From Candidatus Nomurabacteria bacterium (lineage in GTDB: Bacteria > Patescibacteriota > Minisyncoccia > Phycocordibacterales > SBAW01): a stretch of DNA of 64,000 nt. Shown in pieces: positions 40,529 through 49,546 of the stretch. A program made the translations under genes and the position numbers. The first letter of the stretch is position 1; each line of letters opens with the position of its first letter. The notes under the pieces are model-generated. The model was not told the DNA's origin, did not search any database, and saw only the letters and a program-made list of their open reading frames with translations. The stretch lies in contig CALRFF010000001.1 in the NCBI GenBank assembly GCA_943356495.1, positions 92,864 to 156,863 on the forward strand, in the 5' to 3' direction.

Positions 40529-41170
40529 ATGGATGAGCGCCGCGTTAAAGAACTGCTGACCCGCGCCGGAGCGTTCGGGAACGGACACTTTGTCTTCACC
40601 ACTGGCGTGCATAGCGCGACGTACATCAACAAGGACGCCGTGTTTACCCGCACGCGCATTACCGACGAGCTGTGCAAGATGTTTGCCTTGGCCTTCGACA
40701 AAGACAATGTCGAGGTTGTGGCCGCTCCCGAAAAGGGTGCCATCGTGCTCGGACAAGGTGTGGCACGCTGGCTTGAGCACTGGCGCACACTCAGTTCGCG
40801 GCCGGAGGTGCTGTCGGTCTATGCCGACAAACTCGAGGGCGGCGGATTTATCTTCAAGCGGGGCTACGCGCAACATATTCCCAACAAGCGCGTGCTCGTG
40901 ATCGAAGACCAGCTCACCAGCGGCGGCTCGGCCAAACGCACGGTCGAGGCGGTCAAGACCTTGGGCGGCATCGTGGTGGGTGTCGGCGCGCTCAATAACG
41001 GCGGCGTAACCGCCGAGGATCTGGGGGTCACGAAGCTCGTTACCCTACTGAGTATCCGACAGCAGACCTTTGCTCCACACGAGTGCCCCTTGTGCCGCGA
41101 CGGTGTGCTTATCAACACCGACATGGGCCACGGCAAGGAGTTTCTCGCACGGCAACGAGCCCCGGCATAG
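40529..41170 (+). CDS. orotate phosphoribosyltransferase-like type I PRTase, high-GC
   Basis: GHFVFTTGVHSATYINKDAVF and PRPP-binding motif VLVIEDQLTSGGS. Unusual C-terminal CPLC. Confidence 0.6.
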   Translation: MDERRVKELLTRAGAFGNGHFVFTTGVHSATYINKDAVFTRTRITDELCKMFALAFDKDNVEVVAAPEKGAIVLGQGVARWLEHWRTLSSRPEVLSVYADKLEGGGFIFKRGYAQHIPNKRVLVIEDQLTSGGSAKRTVEAVKTLGGIVVGVGALNNGGVTAEDLGVTKLVTLLSIRQQTFAPHECPLCRDGVLINTDMGHGKEFLARQRAPA

Positions 41171-41190
41171 CGCCGGGGTTTTTTATTTTG
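41158..41190 (+). terminator. rho-independent terminator after the PRTase gene
   Basis: CCCCGGCATAGCGCCGGGG hairpin followed by TTTTTTATTTT. Confidence 0.6.
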
Positions 41191-41202
41191 TAGAGTGGCG
41201 GT

Positions 41203-42042
41203 ATGAAGCCTAAAGTCATTGCCATAGTAGGGCCGACCGCCTCGGGCAAGTCTGCTCTGGGTAATTTTCTTGCTACTAAACTTAGCGGCGAGGTTATCGC
41301 CGCCGACTCGCGGCAAGTGTACAAAGGCATGCGGGTTATCTCGCGCGCCGAGCGCGGGCACATGGTCGGTGTTGCCGACCCGCGCAAACAATACAGCGCC
41401 GGTGCCTACCAAAAAGCCGCAGAACGAATACTACGATATATCGTAGTATTCAAGAAAAAGGTGCCGATTGTTGTGGGCGGAACAGGGTTTTATGCCGATG
41501 CTTTACTGCGCGTTCCCCTGCCGCAAGTAGCGCCCAACGCTACACTGCGCACAACGCTCGCTAAAAAGACTCCGATGCAGCTGCTCGCAATGCTCAAAAA
41601 GCTGGACCCAAAGAGTGCCGCGCGCGTCGACCCAAAAAACATCGTGCGTCTGGTGCGCGCTATCGAGATAGTTAAAGCGTTGGGCAAAATACCCGCCCCT
41701 ATATACTCTTCCCCATATACCACGTTGTGGCTGGGGCTCCCAAACTCTAAAAATCTTACAGCCGGTGTCGAGGCACGACTCAAGGCCGGTATGGTAGCCG
41801 AGGCAAAAAAACTGCGCCGCACACTAAGCAAAAAACGCTACAAGGAGCTGGGGTTCGAGTTTGACCTGCTAGCCGACTATATAGACAAAAAAATTACCAA
41901 GCAGCAGTTAGTCGAGCGCATCGCCAACAGCGAACGAAAGTATGCCAAGCGCCAAAGCAAATGGTTTAAACGTTACAAAGATATACACTGGGTCAAAAAC
42001 AAAACAGAGGCGTTAAAACTTTCTAAAACCTTTTTACAGTAG
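41203..42042 (+). CDS. miaA: tRNA dimethylallyltransferase
   Basis: P-loop IAIVGPTASGKSAL and DSRQVYKGM motif. 279 aa. Confidence 0.9.
   Translation: MKPKVIAIVGPTASGKSALGNFLATKLSGEVIAADSRQVYKGMRVISRAERGHMVGVADPRKQYSAGAYQKAAERILRYIVVFKKKVPIVVGGTGFYADALLRVPLPQVAPNATLRTTLAKKTPMQLLAMLKKLDPKSAARVDPKNIVRLVRAIEIVKALGKIPAPIYSSPYTTLWLGLPNSKNLTAGVEARLKAGMVAEAKKLRRTLSKKRYKELGFEFDLLADYIDKKITKQQLVERIANSERKYAKRQSKWFKRYKDIHWVKNKTEALKLSKTFLQ
41426..41451. repeat. 26-bp perfect palindrome GAATACTACGATATATCGTAGTATTC inside the miaA coding sequence (member of a 3-copy family)
   Basis: Seen directly. Shares the 18-bp core ACTACGATATATCGTAGT with 60937..60964 and 61502..61529. Confidence 0.8.
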
Positions 42043-42113
42043 CGGGCCCACGAGGAATCGAACCTCGACTAACGGTTTTGGAGACCGTTGTTCTACCGTT
42101 AAACTATAGGCCC
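42043..42113 (-). tRNA. tRNA-Trp (anticodon CCA)
   Basis: Acceptor GGGCCTA/TGGGCCC, anticodon loop CTCCAAA, T-arm CGAGG-TTCGATT-CCTCG. Confidence 0.85.
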
Positions 42114-42137
42114 AACGGGCCAATAATAGCAAAAAAT

Positions 42138-42296
42138 CTACTTTTTGGCCTCTTTGTGAGGGGTGGAGACGCGGCACCAATTGCAAAACTTTTTAAGCTC
42201 GATTTTGCGGGTGACGAGCTTTTTGTTTTTGGAGCTCCAATAGTTAATGCGCTTGCATTTCTGACACTGGAGTTTTATAAGGCGGTCTTGTGACAT
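42138..42296 (-). CDS. rpmG: 50S ribosomal protein L33
   Basis: 52 aa MSQDRLIKLQCQKCKRINYWSSKNKKLVTRKIELKKFCNWCRVSTPHKEAKK with the two CxxC zinc-ribbon pairs. Not in the ORF track (under 60 aa). Confidence 0.8.
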   Translation of the reverse strand: MSQDRLIKLQCQKCKRINYWSSKNKKLVTRKIELKKFCNWCRVSTPHKEAKK

Positions 42297-42335
42297 GACC
42301 AAACGACTATACCGTATATGGCTTTGTTAGGCAAA

Positions 42336-42896
42336 CTAGAGCTTGGTCGCCCCCGGACAGAAGGAGAAGCCCAGGTTCTTGCCCGAGTAGATGCTGTTAA
42401 CCTGGCTCGGTATGCTTACCCAATAGCGCAAATTGCACGCCTGAAGCCCCGATAGGCCCAGCTTCGCAACCAATACCTGTTCTGCATGCTTGCGCGTGTC
42501 GGCAACCGGCTCTTTTAAAAGAGAAACGATAAAGCTCTGATCCACAGAGGTATATACGATGCTGAACTCCGGAAAGCTGTCGGTAGCGGTGGTTTGCCCT
42601 GCAAGATAGTAGTGTCCGGCATTGTTCGGGTCAGGAATCGTAGCGGCATCTTTAAGAAAATCCTTTACCGTGATGGTGCCGCCGAGCTCGGAGGCTACCT
42701 CAAACATGCCAGGCTCCTGTGCTCCAGTTCCTGGTGTTACCGAAACGCTCCCTCCGCTAGGAATATACGAGGTGCCATCGGCATTGTATGCAGGGGTAGG
42801 AGTCGGTGCCGAGGATGACCACAAAAAAAAGGCTGCGGCCAAACATACCCCTGCCGCCACCACAACCCCTATCGCGATTATCAGAGCTCGTTGCAT
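42336..42896 (-). CDS. hypothetical membrane-anchored secreted protein
   Basis: N-terminal TM/signal (ALIIAIGVVVAAGVCLAAAFFLW) then a Thr/Ser/Gly-rich soluble region. Confidence 0.5.
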   Translation of the reverse strand: MQRALIIAIGVVVAAGVCLAAAFFLWSSSAPTPTPAYNADGTSYIPSGGSVSVTPGTGAQEPGMFEVASELGGTITVKDFLKDAATIPDPNNAGHYYLAGQTTATDSFPEFSIVYTSVDQSFIVSLLKEPVADTRKHAEQVLVAKLGLSGLQACNLRYWVSIPSQVNSIYSGKNLGFSFCPGATKL

Positions 42897-42911
42897 AAGA
42901 GTTTAAGTATA

Positions 42912-43988
42912 TCAATATCCGCACGCTCCCGCAGTGCTCCAATTGCGGATGCCGTTCGGGGTGTTATTAAGCAGCTGCTGCGCCGTATACGTATTGCACT
43001 CGATATTTTGCGCCGCGCTCACACACTGCGCATACAATTCCTGGTCCGCCACGGTCGCCTTGTAGTTCTTACCGTTAAAGGCCTGCGGGCAATTGAGCTT
43101 TTGCCCGTTCGGGCACGAAACCGGGTTCACCGAAATGTTTATTTGATACATGCCCCACGAAAAAGATCTGTTATCGGCCGTAACGTCCGACTGGCTTGCC
43201 CGGCCGGGGTCGCAACTACTTTCTCTCTGGGCGATACAGGACATGGCCGCTGCATTGTTTCCCCATGCATTAGAGAGAGCTCCCGGCGAACAGTCACCTT
43301 TACCAGTTTGGCTGGGGGCGGAGAGTACCGCGTCGCTGACTACGTTGTCATTTTCATCAAGGCATTTCCCGCTGACAACCCGCAGATCTGAACCCGCATT
43401 ATCAGGGCATACCAAGCTGTTACTGGACGATTGCTGAAGCGTGGGCGCGCCTGTTAATTGTCCTTGCGCGTTGTAGCAGTAGCCGTCTGTCCCCGCCGTA
43501 CCACTTTGGCATCCGTAGGAAGCGCTATTGGTGGCCGGAGTAATTGTCGACTTTTGCACACCCGATTGCTGAAACAGCTGCCCTATGTTTTTGTCCATCG
43601 GCCGCACCAAGCCGATGCAGCTAAATGTGGTCCAGCTTTGATACCCCGGAGCAAGTGTTTTTAGCACCGTCTGGACAATAAGCCAGCCGGCGATTGCGAT
43701 ACAAAACCCGATAAGCACCGAAGTAAATATTTTATGCGCTTTTTCTATCTGGCTCGTATTTTCGCGATTGCTAAAGTACAGCCACCCCGCGTAAGAAAAC
43801 ATAATAGCCGCGAGCGGGATGGAAAGCCCGATAGCAAAGTTGATGATGTTTTGTATCAACTGGTCGAAGGTGCACAAGTTGCAGTCGACGGCACCTTGGC
43901 ACGGCACTAGCTCTGCGGCTAGAGCAACCATCGGGACCCCTACCCATACAACACCGGCTGCCGCATACAAAAAAGCACGGAGCTTCAT
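42912..43988 (-). CDS. T4SS-pilin-like (VirB2/TrbC-like) N-terminal domain fused to a C-terminal lytic transglycosylase (SLT/lysozyme-like) domain
   Basis: Signal peptide, CxxxxCxxC then two TM helices (IINFAIGLSIPLAAIMFSYAGWLYF ... VLIGFCIAIAGWLIVQTVL). C-terminal Cys-rich domain with AQRESSCDP and SFSWGMYQINI (ES...GLMQ-like LT motifs). Confidence 0.55.
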   Translation of the reverse strand: MKLRAFLYAAAGVVWVGVPMVALAAELVPCQGAVDCNLCTFDQLIQNIINFAIGLSIPLAAIMFSYAGWLYFSNRENTSQIEKAHKIFTSVLIGFCIAIAGWLIVQTVLKTLAPGYQSWTTFSCIGLVRPMDKNIGQLFQQSGVQKSTITPATNSASYGCQSGTAGTDGYCYNAQGQLTGAPTLQQSSSNSLVCPDNAGSDLRVVSGKCLDENDNVVSDAVLSAPSQTGKGDCSPGALSNAWGNNAAAMSCIAQRESSCDPGRASQSDVTADNRSFSWGMYQINISVNPVSCPNGQKLNCPQAFNGKNYKATVADQELYAQCVSAAQNIECNTYTAQQLLNNTPNGIRNWSTAGACGY

Positions 43989-44013
43989 GCCTTAATCATA
44001 CCGTAGAATTTTA

Positions 44014-44045
44014 GACCAACCTCTAGTGCGCCGGGGAGGAATTTC
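44014..44045 (-). repeat. partial duplicate of the tRNA-Tyr 3' end (about 17 nt; tRNA fragment/att-like direct repeat)
   Basis: GTGCGCCGGGGAGGAAT at about 44024-44040 repeats GTGCGCCGGGGAGGATT at 44212-44228. No complete cloverleaf can be drawn here. Confidence 0.5.
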
Positions 44046-44174
44046 TCCCTCGACTAAACCTTTGCCGTCGCAAACTTTTGTCTGGGCACCGCCTCGCTCC
44101 CAAGCGTGCTCGCTTGGGTTCCGCTCCGGCGTTCGAATCCTCCCCGCAAGATATCCCATATCTTGCTCCGCGCC

Positions 44175-44212
44175 ACAAAAGAAAAAACCCGCCAAAGCGG
44201 GTCTTTTCTTTT
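44175..44212. terminator. bidirectional rho-independent terminator immediately 3' of tRNA-Tyr
   Basis: ACCCGCCAAAGCGGGT hairpin flanked by AAAAAA and TCTTTTCTTTTG. Confidence 0.6.
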
Positions 44213-44213
44213 G

Positions 44214-44296
44214 TGCGCCGGGGAGGATTCGAACCTCCGTAGCCCGAAGGCGACAGGTTTACAGCCTGTTGTAATTGACCACTCTACCACCGACGC
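44214..44296 (-). tRNA. tRNA-Tyr (anticodon GTA), long variable arm
   Basis: Acceptor GCGTCGG/CCGGCGC, anticodon loop CTGTAAA, variable arm CGCCTTCGGGCTACG, T-arm GGAGG-TTCGAAT-CCTCC. Confidence 0.85.
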
Positions 44297-44322
44297 AATT
44301 GCACCAAGTGTGCAATCGTATA

Positions 44323-47016
44323 TTACGCTCCAACCTTCTCTTCTGCAACGACAGATTTTGCCACGCGGGTGCGTGCGGACTTTTTAACGTCAAAGGTAAA
44401 CTCCCCGTTTTTAACCCCTACCTCTACCGAGCCGCCGGAGAGTATCCCGCGGGACACCATCAGAGACGCGATTTTTGTAAGGATTTTGTCCTGTATCAGG
44501 CGGCGCAACGGGCGGGCGCCGTAGTGCGGATTGTAGCCTTCTTTAGACAAGTACTCATAGACCGAGGGTGCGATAGTTAGCGTAATATCCTTTTGCACAA
44601 GGCGCTTAACCACCTCGGTAACCTGTATACCGACAATTTCTTTTACTGCGTCGGGGGAAAGGATATTGAAGATAATTATCTCGTCAATGCGGTTAAGGAA
44701 CTCGGGACGGAAGAAGTCTTTAAGGCTCTGCTCCACCTTTTCTTTAGCCAGCACGTAGTTGCGTTGGTCGCTCGCTCCCCCGGCTTGGAAGCCGATTTGC
44801 TCCATCTTGTCGATATACTGCGCGCCGATGTTGCTGGTCATGATAATGATCGTGTTGCGGAAGTTGACCTTGCGCCCTTTGGCGTCGGTAAGCGTGCCGG
44901 CGTCCAATACTTGGAGCAAAATGTTAAACACCTCGGGGTGCGCTTTTTCTATCTCGTCAAACAGCAACACCGCGTACGGCCGGTGGCGCACCAACTCGGT
45001 CAATGCTCCGCCCTCTTCGTGCCCCACATAGCCCGGCGGCGCGCCTATAATTTTAGAAACACTGTGCTTCTCCATGTACTCGGACATGTCGACGCGGATA
45101 AGCGCGCGCTCGTCGTCAAACATAAACTCCGCGAGCGCTTTGGTAAGCTCGGTCTTGCCGACACCGGTCGGCCCCAAAAACATAAACGACGCGATGGGGC
45201 GGTTGGGGTCGGCAATGCCCGCGCGGCTGCGTTTAACCGCGTCGGCGACTTTTTGCACGGCCTCGCTCTGCCCGACCACGCGGCCTTGGAGTACCGCCTC
45301 GATACGGGACAATTTTTCCGCCTCCTCTTCGAGCATGCGCGAGACAGGCACGCCGGTCCACTTGGACACAATGCTTGCGATGTCGGGCTCGGTAATCTCT
45401 TCTTTAAGAATGCGGCGCGTGCTCTGCAGTTTTTTGAGTTTCTTTTGCTTTTGCTCCAGCTCGCGCTCAAGGCTGGGTATCTCGCCGTAGCGGATCTCTG
45501 CGGCGCGCGACAGGTCTACCGCCGCCTCGGCCGAGTCGGCCTCAATGCGCAGGCTCTCGAGCTCTTTTTTGATTGACTTGATATCCTGCAAGACCTGCTT
45601 TTCGTTCTTCCAGCGCTGCTCAAGCTCGTGAGTTTGTTCTTTAAGATCGGCGATATCTTTTTCTATCACCTTTACGCGCGCCTTGGCGGTGCGGTTGCCG
45701 TCCTCGCCCTCGGCCTCTTTGCGCAGAGCCTCTTTTTCTACCTCTAGCCGCATAATCCGGCGGTGGGCGTCCTCGAGCACGGGAGGTTTGTTTTCAAGCG
45801 AGATACGCAACGAAGAGGCCGCCTCGTCGATAAGATCAATCGCCTTGTCGGGCAAAAAACGGTCGGGTATGTAACGGGCGCTCAGCTGTACCGCCGCCAC
45901 CAGCGAGTCATCGGTAATATGCACGCCGTGAAATAGTTCGTACTTTTCTTTAAGGCCACGGAGTATCGCTACCGCATCGTCGGTACTGGGCTCCATTACG
46001 TATACCGGCTGGAAGCGCCGCTGAAACGCCGGGTCGCGCTCAATATGTTTTTGGTACTCGCGCAACGTGGTAGCGCCTATGACGTGCAGGTCGCCGCGCG
46101 CGAGTGCGGGCTTAAGCATGTTGCTCGCGTCCATAGCGCCCTCGGCCGCACCGGCGCCTATCATGGTATGTATCTCGTCGATAAACAAAATTATTTTGCC
46201 CTCAGAGCGCTCTATCTCCTTCATAATCGCTTTCAGGCGCTCCTCAAACTCGCCACGGTACTTGGTACCGGCAATAAGCGAGCCCAAGTCAAGCGACACC
46301 AGCTCTTTGTCGCGCAAACTTTCGGGGCAGTCGCCGGTTGCGATGCGCGAGGCAAGGCCTTCGGCAATCGCGGTCTTACCTACGCCGGCCTCGCCGATAA
46401 GTATCGGGTTGTTTTTGGTGCGGCGGGACAAAATTTGGATAACGCGTTTAATCTCCTCGTCGCGGCCGATAACCGGGTCGAGTTTGTTTTCCGCGGCCAT
46501 TTTGGTAAGCGAACGGGTGTACTTGTGGAGCGCGCGGTACTTGCCCTTTTCTTGCGCGGGTGCCTGCTTTTGGGTGCGTAGGTCGGTAAGCGCGCGCATC
46601 ACCGCCTCGCGGGAAATGCGGAACCGGCTAAGCATGTCGCGCGCCGCGCCCGGCACGTCGATAATCGCTATAAAAAGATGTTCGGTCGACACAAACTCGT
46701 CGTGGAGCTCGGTCGCGATTTTTGCCGAGCGCTCAAGCGCCTGCACCAGCTCGGGGGTCAGGTACAACTGATAGCTCGGGGACAGTACGGAGCCCGCACC
46801 CGGCGCCTCCAGCGCTTCGAGCACGGTGTCGGTTAACAGGGCCACATCAACCTCCATCTTTTCGAGCACGGAGGTAACCGGCGACTCTTCTTGCAGGAGC
46901 AGGGCCGCGAGCAGGTGCGCGGGGCTTACCTGATTTTGGCCGCGTTCGACCGCGAGCTCATGCGCGCGGCGTACCGCCTCTTTTGCTTTTGTAGTGAAGT
47001 GGTTGAATGGTGGCAT
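44323..47016 (-). CDS. clpB: ATP-dependent chaperone ClpB
   Basis: Clp N-domain, two AAA+ modules ([15 protein letters not shown] ... [15 protein letters not shown]) and middle coiled-coil. 897 aa. Confidence 0.95.
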   Translation of the reverse strand: MPPFNHFTTKAKEAVRRAHELAVERGQNQVSPAHLLAALLLQEESPVTSVLEKMEVDVALLTDTVLEALEAPGAGSVLSPSYQLYLTPELVQALERSAKIATELHDEFVSTEHLFIAIIDVPGAARDMLSRFRISREAVMRALTDLRTQKQAPAQEKGKYRALHKYTRSLTKMAAENKLDPVIGRDEEIKRVIQILSRRTKNNPILIGEAGVGKTAIAEGLASRIATGDCPESLRDKELVSLDLGSLIAGTKYRGEFEERLKAIMKEIERSEGKIILFIDEIHTMIGAGAAEGAMDASNMLKPALARGDLHVIGATTLREYQKHIERDPAFQRRFQPVYVMEPSTDDAVAILRGLKEKYELFHGVHITDDSLVAAVQLSARYIPDRFLPDKAIDLIDEAASSLRISLENKPPVLEDAHRRIMRLEVEKEALRKEAEGEDGNRTAKARVKVIEKDIADLKEQTHELEQRWKNEKQVLQDIKSIKKELESLRIEADSAEAAVDLSRAAEIRYGEIPSLERELEQKQKKLKKLQSTRRILKEEITEPDIASIVSKWTGVPVSRMLEEEAEKLSRIEAVLQGRVVGQSEAVQKVADAVKRSRAGIADPNRPIASFMFLGPTGVGKTELTKALAEFMFDDERALIRVDMSEYMEKHSVSKIIGAPPGYVGHEEGGALTELVRHRPYAVLLFDEIEKAHPEVFNILLQVLDAGTLTDAKGRKVNFRNTIIIMTSNIGAQYIDKMEQIGFQAGGASDQRNYVLAKEKVEQSLKDFFRPEFLNRIDEIIIFNILSPDAVKEIVGIQVTEVVKRLVQKDITLTIAPSVYEYLSKEGYNPHYGARPLRRLIQDKILTKIASLMVSRGILSGGSVEVGVKNGEFTFDVKKSARTRVAKSVVAEEKVGA

Positions 47017-47031
47017 AGAGTGTGTTGCGGG

Positions 47032-47817
47032 TTATTGCATCAGCGTGTAGAAGTCGCTTCCTATACTAAGAGAGTCGGTGGTGACAATGCCTATCGCTTC
47101 GCCAAAGACCGTAAGCAGGAGGGACCCTGGAGTGCTTGAGACTACGCTGGCCTCGATTAAATCGCGATGGGCCTCGGGGAGTTTTGCTATAACACCGGTA
47201 CCCACTGTGTCTTGTCCTACCCCGCCGATACGTATGACGGACTGACCCAAGTGTAATTTCAGCGGGTCTGCCAGCGCTACAGCGGTAATAACCGACTTGC
47301 TCGAGCTGGCGAGCTTAAGGTCGAGTATCGCAAGCGAGGTGGTGCCTACCGGTATACGCATAACGGCGGGGACCCGCGAGCCGTCGGGCAAGATAGCCTC
47401 GAAGTTTACGGTACCCATGGGCTCGAGACTCCCGCGGTCGGAGTACACGACGCCCTTAGCGTCTATAACAACGCCGCGGGCTACCAAGGTGTCCGGCTGG
47501 TTAAGACCGACCAAGCGCACAATGCTGCTTTGCGCTTTGGCGATAGACTGGGCGGCGAGGTCGTCGTCTTTTACGATAACGGTGGTCTCTTTGGTGACCA
47601 CTGCCGCACCCTGATTTTTAACGGTTGATACTATCGGAGCGGCCGGAACTACCTTTTCGATCGTGCGTTCGACTATTTGGTTGATAGTGCGGCTGATTTC
47701 CGGCGGGGCCTGATTCATCAGGGACACCGTGACAATGCCGGTAGCGATGGACGTCATAAAGCTCACAAGAAGCGTGAGAAGCACTATCTGATGTTTAGTG
47801 AGCTTCTCTATATCCAT
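47032..47817 (-). CDS. membrane-anchored trypsin-like (S1) serine peptidase-domain protein
   Basis: N-terminal TM (IVLLTLLVSFMTSIATGIVTV) then a chymotrypsin-fold-like domain. Start trimmed to MDIEKL to avoid overlap with the upstream gene. Confidence 0.5.
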   Translation of the reverse strand: MDIEKLTKHQIVLLTLLVSFMTSIATGIVTVSLMNQAPPEISRTINQIVERTIEKVVPAAPIVSTVKNQGAAVVTKETTVIVKDDDLAAQSIAKAQSSIVRLVGLNQPDTLVARGVVIDAKGVVYSDRGSLEPMGTVNFEAILPDGSRVPAVMRIPVGTTSLAILDLKLASSSKSVITAVALADPLKLHLGQSVIRIGGVGQDTVGTGVIAKLPEAHRDLIEASVVSSTPGSLLLTVFGEAIGIVTTDSLSIGSDFYTLMQ

Positions 47818-47857
47818 ACGTACCGTAAGTATAGGATATTTGTAGGAAAAAACAAAC

Positions 47858-49021
47858 TCAACTTTTGCGGTAACGGCCCGCGGTTTCAAACAGGGCTTGG
47901 GCTATGCGCCGCGCGTCGCTTTTTGCCGCATCGGGCAAAAGGGTGATGCGGATAGCGGTGCCCGCGAGTTCTTTCGGTACGCCGAGTGCTTGGATAACAT
48001 GAGACGGTTCTTCGCTGCCGATGTTGCAGGCGCTGCGCGTCGAGACAGCGACGCCAAGCGCGTCCATCGACACCACCGCCATCTGCGCCTCGAGCCCCGG
48101 CACCGATACGTTTAGATTGTTGGCCGCGCGATGCTCCCCCATGGCACCGTTGCAAAGCGCGTCGGGGATAAGCCGTGTAATCTCACTCCACAAATAGTCG
48201 CGCACTGCCGACATTTTTTTAATTCTTTTTTCTACACCCTTTTGTGCGTCAGCAAGCGCCACGGCAAACGCGCCCGCTTGGGGAACATTTTCGGTGCCGC
48301 CGCGCAAACCTTGTTCTTGGCGCCCGCCCCATAAAATACTTTCTATCGGCGTGCCGCGGCGCACATACAATGCGCCGATGCCTTTGGGCCCGAGCACTTT
48401 TTGCCCGTCGAGCGTCATCAGGTCAACACCAAGCTTGTCGACGCTAATATCCATCCATAGCGGGGCCTGCGATGCATCGGTGTGTAAAAAAATCTTTCTG
48501 CCGCCACGACGCAGAGTTTTGGCAATATCACGCACCGGTTCTATCGTGCCTACCTCACTGTTAACCAGCTGTACCGATACCAACGCGGTGTCCGCGCGCA
48601 CGGCGTCGGCGATGGCGTTGGGGAACACCAGGCCGTCGCTGTCCACGCCGACTTCGGTTAACTCCAGCCCTTCGCGGCGCAAAGCGCGCAACGGCTCGAG
48701 CACCGACTGATGTTCCACGGCAATAGTTATCGCGTGCACTTTACCGCCTGCAAGGAGCATGGGCCGCAGTACCCCATGGAGCGCAAGGTTGTTACCCTCG
48801 GTCCCCGAGGCGGTAAAAATGATCTCATCCGCGTGCGCGCCGATGCTTTCGGCAATGCTTTTGCGCGCATTTTCTAACTCACGCTTGGCGTTAATCGCCT
48901 CTTGATGTAGGGCGCCGGCGTTGCCGTAATTGGCGAGCAAACGCACCAGCTCGCGCCGCGAGCGTGCAGAAAGCGGCGTTGCGGCCGCCGCATCGGCATA
49001 TACGCGCTTTTTAAACCACAT
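47858..49021 (-). CDS. cysteine desulfurase (NifS/IscS family, class V aminotransferase)
   Basis: PLP fold motifs (IIFTASGTEGNNLALHGV ... DASQAPLWMDISV ... SACNIGSEEPSHVIQALG). Confidence 0.9.
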   Translation of the reverse strand: MWFKKRVYADAAAATPLSARSRRELVRLLANYGNAGALHQEAINAKRELENARKSIAESIGAHADEIIFTASGTEGNNLALHGVLRPMLLAGGKVHAITIAVEHQSVLEPLRALRREGLELTEVGVDSDGLVFPNAIADAVRADTALVSVQLVNSEVGTIEPVRDIAKTLRRGGRKIFLHTDASQAPLWMDISVDKLGVDLMTLDGQKVLGPKGIGALYVRRGTPIESILWGGRQEQGLRGGTENVPQAGAFAVALADAQKGVEKRIKKMSAVRDYLWSEITRLIPDALCNGAMGEHRAANNLNVSVPGLEAQMAVVSMDALGVAVSTRSACNIGSEEPSHVIQALGVPKELAGTAIRITLLPDAAKSDARRIAQALFETAGRYRKS

Positions 49022-49044
49022 CTGCTTACTATATACTGTTCTGT

Positions 49045-49542
49045 ATGCCGCTCGCTACCTACTATCTTCAGGTTGCATCCCCGTACCTTAGCGCCGGCGC
49101 GCTGCTGCTGGCGCTTATCGCTATCGGGTACGCCATTGCTCTTAAAATCCGATTCAAACGTCTTGCAATGGGCCGCAACGGCTCGATGGAAGAGACGTTG
49201 GGTATACTCTCGCGCGATACCAAAGAGCTGCAGGCATTCCGCACTGAGCTCGAAAAATACTTAAAGCTTTCTGAAACGCGCCTGCGCGGCTCGGTGCAGG
49301 GGTTGGGCGTCGTGCGGTTTAATCCTTTTTCCGGCGACGGCTCCGGCGGCAACCAAAGCTTTGCGGCGGCGTTTCTCGACGAGGGAGGCCGCGGCATGGT
49401 ACTCTCTAGCCTCTACGCGCGCGACCGGGTGGGCATATACGCCAAACCGGTTGAGGCTTGGGTCTCGACGTTTGAGCTCTCGGCGGAAGAAAAAGAGGCA
49501 ATTGCTAAAGCCAAAGAGCAGGTCGCCGCGCGCAAGAAATAG
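49045..49542 (+). CDS. DUF4446-family protein
   Basis: N-terminal TM then the VRFNPFSGDGSGGNQSFAAAFLDEGGRGMVLSSLYARD pattern. Confidence 0.55.
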   Translation: MPLATYYLQVASPYLSAGALLLALIAIGYAIALKIRFKRLAMGRNGSMEETLGILSRDTKELQAFRTELEKYLKLSETRLRGSVQGLGVVRFNPFSGDGSGGNQSFAAAFLDEGGRGMVLSSLYARDRVGIYAKPVEAWVSTFELSAEEKEAIAKAKEQVAARKK

Positions 49543-49546
49543 CTAT

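Noticed and set aside
42078-42293. Plus-strand ORF 42078..42293 (71 aa)
   Set aside because: Overlaps tRNA-Trp. The opposite strand encodes a clear L33 (rpmG) with both CxxC pairs.
44096-44170. A second tRNA or tmRNA-like gene suggested by GTTCGAATCC at about 44131
   Set aside because: No complementary T-stem, acceptor or anticodon arms could be drawn around it on either strand. The similarity seems limited to a TTCGAAT palindrome.
43992-44290. ORFs 43992..44195, 44026..44274 and 44054..44290
   Set aside because: They cover tRNA-Tyr, its terminator and the tRNA-fragment repeat. Translations are low-complexity.
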